Of a DNA stretch of 64,000 bases, positions 1 to 9,338 are shown piece by piece. Source of the stretch: Actinomycetota bacterium (lineage in GTDB: Bacteria; Actinomycetota; UBA4738; HRBIN12). The DNA is taken from contig JBGGNG010000003.1 of the NCBI GenBank assembly GCA_041287635.1, positions 1,342-65,341 of the forward strand, read 5' to 3'. The translations under genes and the position numbers were made by a program. Position 1 is the first letter of the stretch. Every line of letters starts with the position of its first letter. Below the pieces are notes generated by a model. That model was not told the DNA's origin. It was given only the letters and a program-made list of their open reading frames with translations, and did no database searches.

Positions 1-944
1 CCTTCCTGGGCTTGCATGCGCTCCGTGATGTCGATCATGAACCCGAGGAAGTGATCGAGTTGCCCGTCGTCACGCAGAACCGGGGTCGACGTGTCGTGGA
101 TCCATCGGTAGACGCCGTCCGCCGCCTGCATCCGGTAGACCTCATCGAACGTCGAGACGTCGGCAGCCTCGAGCACCCCCGACGCCTCGAGCCTCGCCAG
201 GTCGTCGGGGTGGATCAACGTGAACCAGAACGCGGGGTCGGCGAGGAACCGATCGGGTTCGTAGCCGAGGATCGCGCGAACCTGCGGGCTGACGAACTCC
301 ATGCGGACGTCGCCCGGCGCGACCACCGCGTCGACGTACGTGACGGCCGGGATGTGTTCGATCACCTGGCGCCAGCGCCGTTCCGCGACCCGACGTTCAT
401 CATCGACGCGTTGGCGGGATACCGCGGCGCCGATCAGCGTGGCCGCCGCGCGCAGAGCATCGAGCTGGGAACTCCAACCTCGCTCGCGCTCGCAGTCCTC
501 GAACCCGATCGTGCCCCACCACCGGTCCCCTTCGAAGATCGGGTGCTCGGCGATCGAGACGACGCCGTGCGTCATGAACCCCAGTCGCTCCGCCTCGGGC
601 AGGTCGGCGATGCGGCTCACGACGGGTTCTCCGCGCGCGAGGACCGCAGCCCACCGCGCGAGCCCGTCGTCCCACGAGGCCCCCTCGAGGGACGGCCCCC
701 ACCGCGGACCCACGCCCGGGGCGCACCATGCGTGGCGCATCGTGCCAAGCAGGCGACCGGTCGCGTCGGTGCGGTTCTCGATCACGAAGGACCGCGACGC
801 CCACGCGGCAAGACCCATGCGCTCGAGCACCTCGTCTGCCGCTTCCCGCCAGTCGGCGGCGAGCAGGAGACGCTCGGCGGCGTCGGCGACCGCCTCGAGC
901 ACGGCGGCATGGCGCACGGGCTCGCCCGTGGCCGTATCCACCAT
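1..944 (-). CDS. GAF + PAS sensor protein, N-terminal part (gene continues past window start)
   Basis: Absent from the ORF track because it runs off the window. A reverse-strand ATG at 944 is preceded by GAGGAGG (complement of 945-955). My translation is MVDTATGEPVRHAAVLEAV...GVVSIAEHPIFEGDRWWGTIGFEDCERERGW (GAF-like), then IEHIPAVTYV...FVSPQVRAILGYEPDRF...YRMQAADGVYRWIHDTSTPVLRDDGQLDHFLGFMIDITERMQA (PAS-like). The listed overlapping ORFs (12..1040 +, 400..1005 -) are Arg/Pro-rich shadow frames. Confidence 0.7.
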   Translation of the reverse strand, partial: MVDTATGEPVRHAAVLEAVADAAERLLLAADWREAADEVLERMGLAAWASRSFVIENRTDATGRLLGTMRHAWCAPGVGPRWGPSLEGASWDDGLARWAAVLARGEPVVSRIADLPEAERLGFMTHGVVSIAEHPIFEGDRWWGTIGFEDCERERGWSSQLDALRAAATLIGAAVSRQRVDDERRVAERRWRQVIEHIPAVTYVDAVVAPGDVRMEFVSPQVRAILGYEPDRFLADPAFWFTLIHPDDLARLEASGVLEAADVSTFDEVYRMQAADGVYRWIHDTSTPVLRDDGQLDHFLGFMIDITERMQAQE

Positions 945-1053
945 GTCGCCTCCTCTCGCACGGTCCGCGATGCGCGCGCATACGGACAGAACCCCGAAGG
1001 GTCACATGTCGTGTATCGGCCGATGGTGGCCGGGGTGTAGGGCTTCCGACCCG

Positions 1054-2196
1054 TCAGGAAGGTTCGGGCACGAGGCCGGGTGCGGTTCCGGCGGAGGGCA
1101 TCTCGCCGGACCCCGGCCATCTGGCGCGCGACTTCGCGGCCAGCTTGAACATCAACTCGACCGCCTTCGGGTCCTCGGAGGCGGGCCGAGCCTCGACGAC
1201 GCCGTCGGCGAGGGCCCGTCGCCAGATGTCCGCGCCCCGATCCGTCCGCACGATGGTGAGCGTCCAGCCCTCGGACTGACCGAGTCCGCCGAACGAGATG
1301 TCGGCGTGCTCTGCGGCGAAGTCGGGGCAGCGCAGGCACCCCGGCCGTGTGTACCGGTGGGCCTCCTTCAACGAGTACGTGTGCTCGTCGCCGTCGTCGG
1401 TGTAGAAGAGCAGCTTGCCCTTCACGTTCACCCGAACGAGATGGTCGAGATCGAGCCCCAGCTCGTTCTGAGCGATGTCGACCATGAGCCCGTCGTAGGT
1501 GAACGTCTTCGAACACAACAGCCCGAGCGTCCAAGCGATCTTCTTCCGCCACTTGTTCACGCGGCGCGCCTCCATCGACCCTGTCACGCTCGCCTGGCAG
1601 CTCATGCCCACGAGCGCGACGTTCGACAGCCCCAACTCCGCGGCCTGCAGCAGGGCCAGCGGGTTCGCCGAGTAGGTGTAGCGGGAACCCGCCGTGTCGA
1701 GCACACCCTGCGCATCCATGACGACCGTGGGCTCGGCGTCCCATGGCCGCTCATCGGAGAGCTTGGATGTGCATGCTCCGTCGATCTCGCCGGTCGCCAG
1801 ACCCCAGATCAGGAGGGCCGAGACCACGCCGCCGTCCTGGCCGCTCATCAGCGCCTCGGGCGCCGCGGCGCGCGCGAGCACGATCTCGCGGTGCTTGCCG
1901 ATCACCTCGTCGGGTGTCCGCGCCATGCCGAACAGCGTCGTGTCGATCTCGGCTTCCCAGTCGCGGAACCGCGGACACGCGAGGGTGCAGAGCGAGCAAC
2001 CCTTGTCGCCGTGGGAACAGCGGTCTGGTCCTTCGTCCTGCAGTTGGACAGGCAGGTTGTCCTCGTAGCCGAGCACGTTGAACGGACAGGCGACGATGCA
2101 CGCCGTACACCCCGTGCAGAGCCCCGTGATCACGACCTCGTCGTAGAGGTGCTTCCACTGGGTCTTGTCGGTGGGCGCCGGCATCGGCGGCAGCAT
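1054..2196 (-). CDS. Coenzyme F420 hydrogenase/dehydrogenase beta-subunit family protein (FrhB/FpoF-like) with N-terminal 2x[4Fe-4S] ferredoxin domain
   Basis: 380-aa ORF. It has two CxxCxxCxxxCP-type motifs ([21 protein letters not shown]). An FrhB-type body follows ([42 protein letters not shown]). Confidence 0.8.
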   Translation of the reverse strand: MLPPMPAPTDKTQWKHLYDEVVITGLCTGCTACIVACPFNVLGYEDNLPVQLQDEGPDRCSHGDKGCSLCTLACPRFRDWEAEIDTTLFGMARTPDEVIGKHREIVLARAAAPEALMSGQDGGVVSALLIWGLATGEIDGACTSKLSDERPWDAEPTVVMDAQGVLDTAGSRYTYSANPLALLQAAELGLSNVALVGMSCQASVTGSMEARRVNKWRKKIAWTLGLLCSKTFTYDGLMVDIAQNELGLDLDHLVRVNVKGKLLFYTDDGDEHTYSLKEAHRYTRPGCLRCPDFAAEHADISFGGLGQSEGWTLTIVRTDRGADIWRRALADGVVEARPASEDPKAVELMFKLAAKSRARWPGSGEMPSAGTAPGLVPEPS

Positions 2197-2305
2197 AGCC
2201 CACGGTGTCGCCTCGACCTCCTCGTGCGTCGCGGCTCAGGCGCTCCTGGGATAGGCTCGGTCGTCAAGCGCCTCGGACGGTCGGTGCAAGCGAGGAGGGA
2301 GACCG

Positions 2306-2698
2306 ATGGACCTACCACGCGTTCGGCTGACCATGCTGTTCGCGGTAGTCATCGCGGCGACCCTGGTCCTCGGGGCGTGTTCGAGCGACTCGGACGGAGG
2401 CGACTCAGACACCACGGAGACCGAGTCGGATGTCGGCGATCTCGCGCCCGGGTCGGCCGCGATCAACATCGTCGACCTCACGTTCGAACCCACCACGATC
2501 ACGGTCGCCGCCGGATCGACCGATATCGCGATCACGAACGCCGACACAGTCGACCATACGTTCACGCTCGACGACGACACCGTCGATGCGGCGGTCTCCG
2601 CGGGTCAGAACATCACCGTCACCGTCGATCTGTCGGCGTCGGTGGGGTTCCACTGCGAGATCCACCCCTCCATGACGGGAACCCTGCAGGTCGCGTGA
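2306..2698 (+). CDS. Secreted cupredoxin (type-1 copper) lipoprotein
   Basis: GAGGAGGGAG lies upstream of the ATG. The product has a signal peptide with lipobox LVLGAC and an acidic Ser/Asp linker. Cu ligands are present: His in DHTFT and C-x2-H-x2-M in HCEIHPSM. Confidence 0.8.
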   Translation: MDLPRVRLTMLFAVVIAATLVLGACSSDSDGGDSDTTETESDVGDLAPGSAAINIVDLTFEPTTITVAAGSTDIAITNADTVDHTFTLDDDTVDAAVSAGQNITVTVDLSASVGFHCEIHPSMTGTLQVA

Positions 2699-2722
2699 CG
2701 CCGGGGCGAGGCGTCGAACGGC

Positions 2723-3079
2723 TCAGATGCTGAAGGAATCACCGCAGGCGCACTCGTGCTTGGCCTGCGGGTTCACCATCCTCAGCCCGCCGTCCATCAT
2801 CGAGTCGTTGAACTCGAGCGTGGATCCGGTGACGATCGGCGCGCTCGCCGCGTCGATCAGCACCTTGAAGCCCCCCGGCCCCTCGGCGACGTGGTCCCCT
2901 TCGGCCGGTGCGTCCTCGAGCGTCAGCGCGTAGCTGAACCCCGAACACCCACCCGCCGTCACCCGGACGCGCAGGGCGGCGTCGGGCCGGCCATCACGCT
3001 CGGCCAGCGCGCGCGCCTTCGCGGCCGCGGCGTCGGTGATCGTGATCAGGGGCGTGGTGGCGTCGGTGTCCATCCCCAC
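2723..3079 (-). CDS. HesB/IscA/ErpA-type Fe-S cluster insertion (A-type carrier) protein
   Basis: 118 aa with the GGCSGFSY motif and a C-terminal CACGDSF motif. The length is typical of the family. Confidence 0.9.
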   Translation of the reverse strand: MGMDTDATTPLITITDAAAAKARALAERDGRPDAALRVRVTAGGCSGFSYALTLEDAPAEGDHVAEGPGGFKVLIDAASAPIVTGSTLEFNDSMMDGGLRMVNPQAKHECACGDSFSI

Positions 3080-3114
3080 AAGGATACGCGGGAGCGCGAC
3101 GTCCGATGCGAATC

Positions 3115-4302
3115 CTAGGCGAGCGAGGCAGCGAACATGCGTACGTAGGCCCTCGCCCCGGCGACGAGCTCATCGACCGGCACCCACTCGTCGGCGGTGT
3201 GGGCCACCGTGAGCGAGCCTGGACCGCAGATCACGGTCGGGATGTCCGCCTGGTTGATGTAGAAGCGCGCATCGGTGATCCCCGTGAATCCCACCAGGTC
3301 GGGCGCGGTGCCCGTCGTCGCCCGGACGGCCTCGACCGCGATCCGCGCGATGTCGGTATCGGGCGATGCCTCGGCGGCGTCGGTCCACTCCCGGAGCAGA
3401 ACCTCGATCTCGACCTCGGAGTGCTCGCTCCGCAGCGAGTCGACGATCGTCAGGAACGGTGCCCGCACCGCGTCAGGGTCGGTCTCGCCGGGCACGATAC
3501 GCCGGTCGATGTCGACCGCACACCGGTCCGGCACGACGTTGGGGGCGCTGCCCCCTTCGATGATGGCGGCGTTGACCGTCGGGCGACCCACGAGCGGGTG
3601 TTCGATGTCGGGGAGCACTTCGGGCAGCCGCAGCAGGAACCGGGCCATCGACGTGATCGCGTTCACGCCTCGGTGAGGCTGCGAGCCATGGGCTGCCTTC
3701 CCGAAGGCTGTGGCCGTGAACCATGCGCCCCCTCGCTCGGCGAGCCCGACCTGCAGCTCACTCGGTTCACCCACGATCGCGGCGTCCTGGGTCAGCAGGC
3801 CACGTTCCCAGAGCACCCTCGTGCCGTGCACGCCGGCGAGCTCCTCGTCGGCCGCCAGGTGGAAGACGAGCGACCCGGCCAGCGGCGTGCCGGCCCGACG
3901 CAGCGCCGACGCCGCAGCGAGGGCGGCCCCGATCGGACCCTTCATGTCCGCGGCGCCGCGGCCGACGAGGCGACCGTCGTCGTCGATGTCTCCGGCCCAC
4001 GGATCGTGCCGCCATGTGTCGAGGGAACCCGCAGGCACGACGTCGAGGTGGCCGTTCCACGCGAGGCTGGGCCCCTTCTCGGTGCCGAGCGATGCCACCA
4101 CGCTTGGGCGCCCCGCTTCCGAACGAACGATCTCGGGCTTCGCTCCCACTCCTGTGAGGATGTCGCTCGCGACGGCCGCCGCCCGATCCTCCGTGCCGCC
4201 CGGGTTCTCGCTCTTCGCGGCGATCAGTGCGCGCGTGTAGGCGAGCACCTCGTCGGGATCGACGGCGGCCGCGGCGGCGTCGAGCACGGCCTCCTCTACC
4301 AT
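3115..4302 (-). CDS. M20 family metallopeptidase (ArgE/DapE/acetylornithine deacetylase-like)
   Basis: 395 aa with the motifs NGHLDVVP, GRGAADMKG and ADEE, plus a C-terminal GxxDA region. Confidence 0.85.
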   Translation of the reverse strand: MVEEAVLDAAAAAVDPDEVLAYTRALIAAKSENPGGTEDRAAAVASDILTGVGAKPEIVRSEAGRPSVVASLGTEKGPSLAWNGHLDVVPAGSLDTWRHDPWAGDIDDDGRLVGRGAADMKGPIGAALAAASALRRAGTPLAGSLVFHLAADEELAGVHGTRVLWERGLLTQDAAIVGEPSELQVGLAERGGAWFTATAFGKAAHGSQPHRGVNAITSMARFLLRLPEVLPDIEHPLVGRPTVNAAIIEGGSAPNVVPDRCAVDIDRRIVPGETDPDAVRAPFLTIVDSLRSEHSEVEIEVLLREWTDAAEASPDTDIARIAVEAVRATTGTAPDLVGFTGITDARFYINQADIPTVICGPGSLTVAHTADEWVPVDELVAGARAYVRMFAASLA

Positions 4303-4310
4303 GGCGCGCG

Positions 4311-4892
4311 ATGCTACACGCCGATGCGCTCGCGTCGCTCGCCGCTTCGCTCGACGACGACCCGTCGCCGTCGCCCGGGGCCGACGACCGCCTCGCGGCG
4401 GTGCTCGCCCCGATCGTGCTCGAGCCGGCCCCGGCTCTCGTGTTCACGGTGCGCGCGGCCGCGCTCTCGCGTCACGCCGGGGAGATCTCCTTCCCGGGAG
4501 GGTTGCAGGATCCGGGTGAGACCCTCGCCGAGACCGCGTTGCGGGAGGCGCATGAGGAGATCGGGCTCGATCCGGCCCTGCCCCGTCTGCTCGGCGCCTT
4601 GCCCCCCGTGCACACGTTCGTGAGTGGCATCCTCGTGGTGCCGTTCGTCGGCGCGATCGACCGCGCACCGGCGTTCACGCTGAACGAGGCCGAGATCGAC
4701 GAGGTGCTGGTGTTCGGCATCGAACGCCTCGCGTCGGCCGAGCGGACGGTGAGCTATGACCGCCCGGACGGGCACACCTGGCGAGGGTTCGCGTACGAGC
4801 TCGAGGGACACACCGTGTGGGGAGCGACCGGATGGATGCTCCACACGTTGCTGGAGACGATCAGGGAGGAGACAACGTGGCCGATGCCGTGA
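4311..4892 (+). CDS. NUDIX hydrolase, CoA pyrophosphatase-like
   Basis: Nudix box GGLQDPGETLAETALREAHEEIGL. I trimmed the start from the track ORF (4227) to ATG 4311 (MLHADAL) because the upstream part overlaps 3115-4302 and is Arg-rich. Confidence 0.8.
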   Translation: MLHADALASLAASLDDDPSPSPGADDRLAAVLAPIVLEPAPALVFTVRAAALSRHAGEISFPGGLQDPGETLAETALREAHEEIGLDPALPRLLGALPPVHTFVSGILVVPFVGAIDRAPAFTLNEAEIDEVLVFGIERLASAERTVSYDRPDGHTWRGFAYELEGHTVWGATGWMLHTLLETIREETTWPMP

Positions 4893-5323
4893 ACGCGGTG
4901 GCTCCGGAGGATCGAGAGCTGCGCATCCTGTTGGGGGAGGCCCGCACGATCGCCGTGGTGGGGCTGTCGTCGAGGCCCGGGCGTCCGTCGCTCGACGTCG
5001 CCGCGTACCTGCAACAGCGTGGCTACCGCATCGTGCCCGTGAACCCCCGGGAGACCGAGGTGCTCGGTGAACGAGCCTATCCGTCGTTGCGTGACATCCC
5101 CGAGGACCTGGCGATCGACGTGGTGGACGTGTTCCGCCGCGCGGAGGACACGCCGCCGATCGCGAGCGACGCCGTCGCGATCGGCGCGAAGGTGCTGTGG
5201 CTGCAGGACGGCATCGTGAACGAGGAGGCGTACCGCATCGCCACCGAGGCGGGCCTCGAGGTCATCATGGGCGTGTGCATCAGGCGCACCGACCAACGAC
5301 TGCATCGGGAGGGGACCGCATGA
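4877..5323 (+). CDS. CoA-binding domain protein (YccU/YneT-like)
   Basis: Motifs IAVVGLSSRPGRPS, GYRIVPVNP and VDVFR. GGAGGAG precedes GTG 4877; the alternative start is 4817. Confidence 0.8.
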   Translation: MADAVNAVAPEDRELRILLGEARTIAVVGLSSRPGRPSLDVAAYLQQRGYRIVPVNPRETEVLGERAYPSLRDIPEDLAIDVVDVFRRAEDTPPIASDAVAIGAKVLWLQDGIVNEEAYRIATEAGLEVIMGVCIRRTDQRLHREGTA

Positions 5324-5487
5324 CCGCGTGGGAGTACTTCGTCGCGCCGCTGCTCGAGCACAACCCGGGAGAGATCCTGAACACGTTCGGCGACGACGGC
5401 TGGGAACTGGTCTCGGTCGTGGCGCAGTCGACGCCTTCGGGGGCGCGCTCCACGGTCGCCTACATGAAGCGGCCGAAGCTCGCCTGA
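5320..5487 (+). CDS. Small DUF4177-like protein
   Basis: 55 aa, MTAWEYFVAPL...FGDDGWELVSVV. It has an ATGA start/stop overlap with the upstream gene. The track ORF 5197..5487 carries an implausible N-terminal extension. Confidence 0.6.
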   Translation: MTAWEYFVAPLLEHNPGEILNTFGDDGWELVSVVAQSTPSGARSTVAYMKRPKLA

Positions 5488-5491
5488 CCGC

Positions 5492-6706
5492 TCATCGATC
5501 GTCGCCGGGATCGCCTTTCCGGAGCCGGCGACCGGCCACGAACCGGGCGCCGAGCGCGCCCGCCAGCGCGGCGAGCGCGGCGACCGCGATCCACGGACGC
5601 AACGCGTCGCCGTCGTCCGCCGTGGCCACCACCTGCGGCGAGGGGGTGGCCGACGGTGAGTCGGGCCGCGCCGGGGTCGGGGCGGATCCGCTCATCCCCT
5701 CGAGGCGCAGGGTCCAGATCGAGTCCGCGGTGGCGACGTAGAGGGCATCGTCCCGCCCGAGCAGCACGTCGGTCACCCCCGCCGGGAACCGAGCGATCTC
5801 CTCGGCATCAACGGCGGTGTCCGCCGATGTGGGCACACGCCACAGTCGCCCGTCGAACGATCCGAACCACAGGTCGCCGCCAGCGACCGCGCACCCGGTG
5901 AGGGCGATCGTGTCGCGAAAGACCAGGAGGGGATCGATGAACTCGTCTTCGTCGGAGATGCCCGTGACCGCCGGCCAGCCGTAGTTTCCGCCCGGCTCGA
6001 TCACGTTCACCTCGTCGTCGACGTCGGGGCCGTTCTCCGTCTCCCAGAGTGTCCCGGTCGCTGGATCGACGCAGAGGCCGAACGAGTTCCGGTGCCCGAT
6101 CGACCAGACGGGGTTGTCGGGTCCGAACGGGTTGTCCGGTGGTACGTCCCCTGCGGCCGTCAGCCGCGCGATCTTGCCGCCGATATCGGTCTCGTCCTGG
6201 GCCCGATCCGCTTCGTGCGCCTCACCCAGGGCCACGAACAACGAGCCGTCGGCACCGAACGCGAGATCCCCGCCGTTGTGGTAGCCGGCGACGGCGCTGA
6301 TGCCGTCGAGGAGCGTCTCGGGCTGACCCTCGGCGACCGGACCGGCCGCCCGTACGCGGACGAGCCGGTTCAGACCGTCCCTCGGGTCGGAGCGGTAGAG
6401 GTAGACCCACGGGTCGCGCTCGAAGTCCGGATGCACCGCGATGCCGAGCAATCCACGCTCCGCGTCGCCGATCACCGGAAGGGTGATGAAGGGCTGATCG
6501 ACCAGCCGTCCATCTGGTGCGACGACCCGCACGTTGCCGGTCTCCTTCTCCGTGAACAGCAGCGTGCCGTCGGGCAGGAACGCCATGTTCGTCGGGAACG
6601 CGAGATCGTCGAGGAACGGCCGCGGCTCGAGACCCGCGGCCGCCGCCGGGGTGGCGAGGGTCGCAGCGATCAGGATCGTCGCGGCCGCGAGTCTGGCGTG
6701 GCGCAT
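5492..6706 (-). CDS. PQQ-dependent sugar (glucose/sorbosone) dehydrogenase, secreted with C-terminal membrane anchor
   Basis: The N-terminal signal peptide is MRHARLAAATILIAATLATPAAAAG. The body shows beta-propeller motifs (YHNGGDLAFGADGSLFVALGE, GHRNSFG). A Pro/Ser linker and a C-terminal hydrophobic helix followed by RRLRK complete the protein. Confidence 0.85.
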   Translation of the reverse strand: MRHARLAAATILIAATLATPAAAAGLEPRPFLDDLAFPTNMAFLPDGTLLFTEKETGNVRVVAPDGRLVDQPFITLPVIGDAERGLLGIAVHPDFERDPWVYLYRSDPRDGLNRLVRVRAAGPVAEGQPETLLDGISAVAGYHNGGDLAFGADGSLFVALGEAHEADRAQDETDIGGKIARLTAAGDVPPDNPFGPDNPVWSIGHRNSFGLCVDPATGTLWETENGPDVDDEVNVIEPGGNYGWPAVTGISDEDEFIDPLLVFRDTIALTGCAVAGGDLWFGSFDGRLWRVPTSADTAVDAEEIARFPAGVTDVLLGRDDALYVATADSIWTLRLEGMSGSAPTPARPDSPSATPSPQVVATADDGDALRPWIAVAALAALAGALGARFVAGRRLRKGDPGDDR

Positions 6707-6762
6707 CCATCGACGGTATCGCGAGATGGCACGATGGCGGGGTTCACGACGAGAGGGACGCG

Positions 6763-7395
6763 GTGTACACGATCGATCACGCGGTGTTGGCGGTGTCGGA
6801 TCTCGACCGAGCGGGAGAGCGTTTGCACCGTGATCTCGGCCTCGCGTCGGTCCCCGGCGGGGTGCACCCCCGATGGGGGACGGGGAACCGCATCGTGCCC
6901 CTCGGTGACAGCTACATCGAGCTCATCGCCGTCGTCGACCACGATGTGGGCAGCTCGACCTCGCTGGGTCGGGCGCTGTTGGCGTCGTCTGACGGCGGGC
7001 GAGACCGGTGGTTCGCCATCTGCCTGTCGGATACCGAGCTCGAGGTGACGGCCCGACGGCTCGGGCTGCAGGTGGAGGCCGGCGCCCGCAGACGACCCGA
7101 CGGGGTCGAGCTCCGGTGGCGCGGCGCAGGCATCGACGACGGGGCTCGCGATTCATGGCTGCCGTTCTTCATCGCATGGGACGTGCCCGCCGAGCTGCAC
7201 CCCGGACGCACGGCGATCCGCCACGAGGCCGACGTCACGGGGATCGCGAGCGTGGACATCGCGGGCGACCACGTACGCCTGCGCGAGTGGCTCGGACCCG
7301 AGGGCGACGGCCTGCCGTTCGACGTGTCCGACGGCGATCCCCAGATCCGAGCTGTGGACCTCTCACTCGGGGACGGCACGACGCTCAGCCTCTGA
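6763..7395 (+). CDS. VOC / glyoxalase-like domain protein
   Basis: The N-terminus IDHAVLAVSDLDRAGERL...YIELIAVVD is typical of the glyoxalase-like fold. Confidence 0.7.
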   Translation: MYTIDHAVLAVSDLDRAGERLHRDLGLASVPGGVHPRWGTGNRIVPLGDSYIELIAVVDHDVGSSTSLGRALLASSDGGRDRWFAICLSDTELEVTARRLGLQVEAGARRRPDGVELRWRGAGIDDGARDSWLPFFIAWDVPAELHPGRTAIRHEADVTGIASVDIAGDHVRLREWLGPEGDGLPFDVSDGDPQIRAVDLSLGDGTTLSL

Positions 7396-7412
7396 GGCAA
7401 CCCGGGCCGGGC

Positions 7413-8147
7413 TCAGTCTGGTCGGTGGCCCACGACGGCACGGAGGCCGACGGGCAGCGTCTCGTCCCCGAACGCCGGTCCGACGGTCGCCTCCACGCCG
7501 TGCTCGGCGAGCAGGACCGGCACGAGCGAGGTGTCGACCATCACGTTGTCGTGCCGCTCGTCGTCCCGCCGCCAGGAGCCGTCGTCCTCGCGGATGAACG
7601 TGGCCATCCGGCGCACGAACCGGTCGGGGGAGGGCACTGAGAACTCGGTCACGATCGCCCAATCCTCGCCGACCCACCCCCTGCTGGGCTGGTCGATGCG
7701 GGTCGCGGCCCACTCGAGGTCGCAGAGGTCGATCGCGAGCACACCGCCTGGCCGCAACGCGTTCGCGATCGCGATGAGCGCGCGATCGATCGCCTCGGCG
7801 TTCGGCAGGTAGCTGAGCGCGTGTCCGACCGAGACGATCGCGTCCGCGCGAGGGATCGGATCGTGCGGCAGGGTCAGGAGGCGGATCTCCTCGGCCCCGC
7901 CGGCGACCTCTCGGGCGAGATCGAGCATCGCGGGTGAGGCGTCGGTCGCGATCATCCGGTGGCCGGCGCCGATCAGGTGCCTCGTCAGCAGCCCGCTGCC
8001 GCACCCGAGCTCGACGACGAGACCGTCACGCGCCCGGACAGGTTCGAGCAGCGCCAGGATGCCCGGTGCGCAGTCGTCGGCATGGAACCCGAACCCCCGA
8101 TGGTGCACGAGGGCAAGATCGTGCCGGTAGTAGGGCTCGTCGCTCAT
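7413..8147 (-). CDS. Class I SAM-dependent methyltransferase
   Basis: Motif I VVELGCGSGLLT and post-I DASPAML, with RPGGVLAI downstream. Confidence 0.8.
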   Translation of the reverse strand: MSDEPYYRHDLALVHHRGFGFHADDCAPGILALLEPVRARDGLVVELGCGSGLLTRHLIGAGHRMIATDASPAMLDLAREVAGGAEEIRLLTLPHDPIPRADAIVSVGHALSYLPNAEAIDRALIAIANALRPGGVLAIDLCDLEWAATRIDQPSRGWVGEDWAIVTEFSVPSPDRFVRRMATFIREDDGSWRRDDERHDNVMVDTSLVPVLLAEHGVEATVGPAFGDETLPVGLRAVVGHRPD

Positions 8148-8166
8148 GGGTCCCTCGGCGGCACGC

Positions 8167-9327
8167 TCACGGTTGGCCCGTGAGGGCCCGGTCGAGGTCC
8201 TCGATCAGGTCGTCGGGGTGCTCGATGCCCACGGAGAGACGCACGAGGTCGCCCGGCACCTCGAGGGGCGACCCGGCCACGCTCGCGTGGGTCATCGGCC
8301 CGGGCACCTCGATCAGCGACTCGACCCCACCGAGCGATTCCGCCAGGAAGAACAGCTCGGTTCGCTGGGCGACGGCGAGGGCGCGTTCGGGGCTCGCCAC
8401 CCGGAACGACACCATGCCGCCGAAATCCGCCATCTGGCGGGTGGCGACCTCGTGTCCGGGATGATCCTCGAGTCCCGGGTAGAACACCCGGGTGACGGCA
8501 GGGCTGGTCCGCAGGTACCCGGCGATCGCCCTGGCCCCGGCGCAGTGGGCTCGCATCCGCACGGCGAGCGTCTTCAGGCCGCGCAGGGCGAGGTAGCTGT
8601 CCATCGGCCCGGGCACGGCTCCCACCGCGTTCACGAGGAAGCCGAGCCGCTCGATCCATTCCTCGTCGCTCGTCACGATCGCGCCGCCGATCAGGTCGGA
8701 GTGGCCACCCACGTACTTCGTCACGCTGTGCACGACGGCATCGGCGCCGAGGGCGAGCGGCCGCTGCAGGGCGGGCGTGGCGAACGTGTTGTCCACCACC
8801 ACGCGGATACCGTGCTCGTGAGCGACCGCGCTGACCGCCCCGATGTCGACGATCTTGAGCAGCGGGTTCGACGGGGTTTCGATCCAGACGAGCTTCGTGG
8901 CAGGCGTCAGCGACGACGAGAGCGCGCCGAGGTCACCGAGATCGACGGTCGAGAACGAGAGCCCCCAGTCGCCCAGCACCTTCGACAACAGTCGGTACGT
9001 CCCCCCGTAGACATCGTCGGCGAGCACCACGTGGTCGCCGGGGCGAAGGGTCAGCAGCAACGTGGTCTCGGCCCCGAGCCCGCTTGAGAACGCGAAGCCT
9101 CGCGCCCCATCCTCGAGCGAGGCGAGGGCTTGCTGGAAAGCCTCCCTCGTGGGGTTCCCCCCGCGCGCGTAGTCCCAGACCTTCGGGGAACCGACCTCGG
9201 GTTGTGCGTACGTCGAGGTCTGGTAGATGGGCACGTTCACCGCGCCGTACGGGGCGTCTGGATCCTGACCCGCATGGATCGCCCTCGTCTCGAATCGACG
9301 TCGATCGTCGGCGTCTTCGTCATGCAT
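8167..9327 (-). CDS. Cys/Met-metabolism PLP enzyme, cystathionine gamma-lyase/gamma-synthase
   Basis: PLP-lysine motif [11 protein letters not shown], and the family is collinear throughout. I trimmed the start to ATG 9327 (MHDEDAD), which has GAGGAGGG 4 nt upstream. The track start at 9366 would overlap the upstream gene. Confidence 0.9.
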   Translation of the reverse strand: MHDEDADDRRRFETRAIHAGQDPDAPYGAVNVPIYQTSTYAQPEVGSPKVWDYARGGNPTREAFQQALASLEDGARGFAFSSGLGAETTLLLTLRPGDHVVLADDVYGGTYRLLSKVLGDWGLSFSTVDLGDLGALSSSLTPATKLVWIETPSNPLLKIVDIGAVSAVAHEHGIRVVVDNTFATPALQRPLALGADAVVHSVTKYVGGHSDLIGGAIVTSDEEWIERLGFLVNAVGAVPGPMDSYLALRGLKTLAVRMRAHCAGARAIAGYLRTSPAVTRVFYPGLEDHPGHEVATRQMADFGGMVSFRVASPERALAVAQRTELFFLAESLGGVESLIEVPGPMTHASVAGSPLEVPGDLVRLSVGIEHPDDLIEDLDRALTGQP

Positions 9328-9338
9328 CGGCACCCTCC

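Noticed and set aside
301-2733. 810-aa + strand ORF (and 12..1040 +, 782..1744 -) spanning the sensor, FrhB-like and cupredoxin region
   Set aside because: The translation is Arg/Ala/Ser/Pro-rich and low in complexity. It runs antisense or out of frame to ORFs with clear family motifs. This is a typical shadow ORF in very GC-rich DNA.
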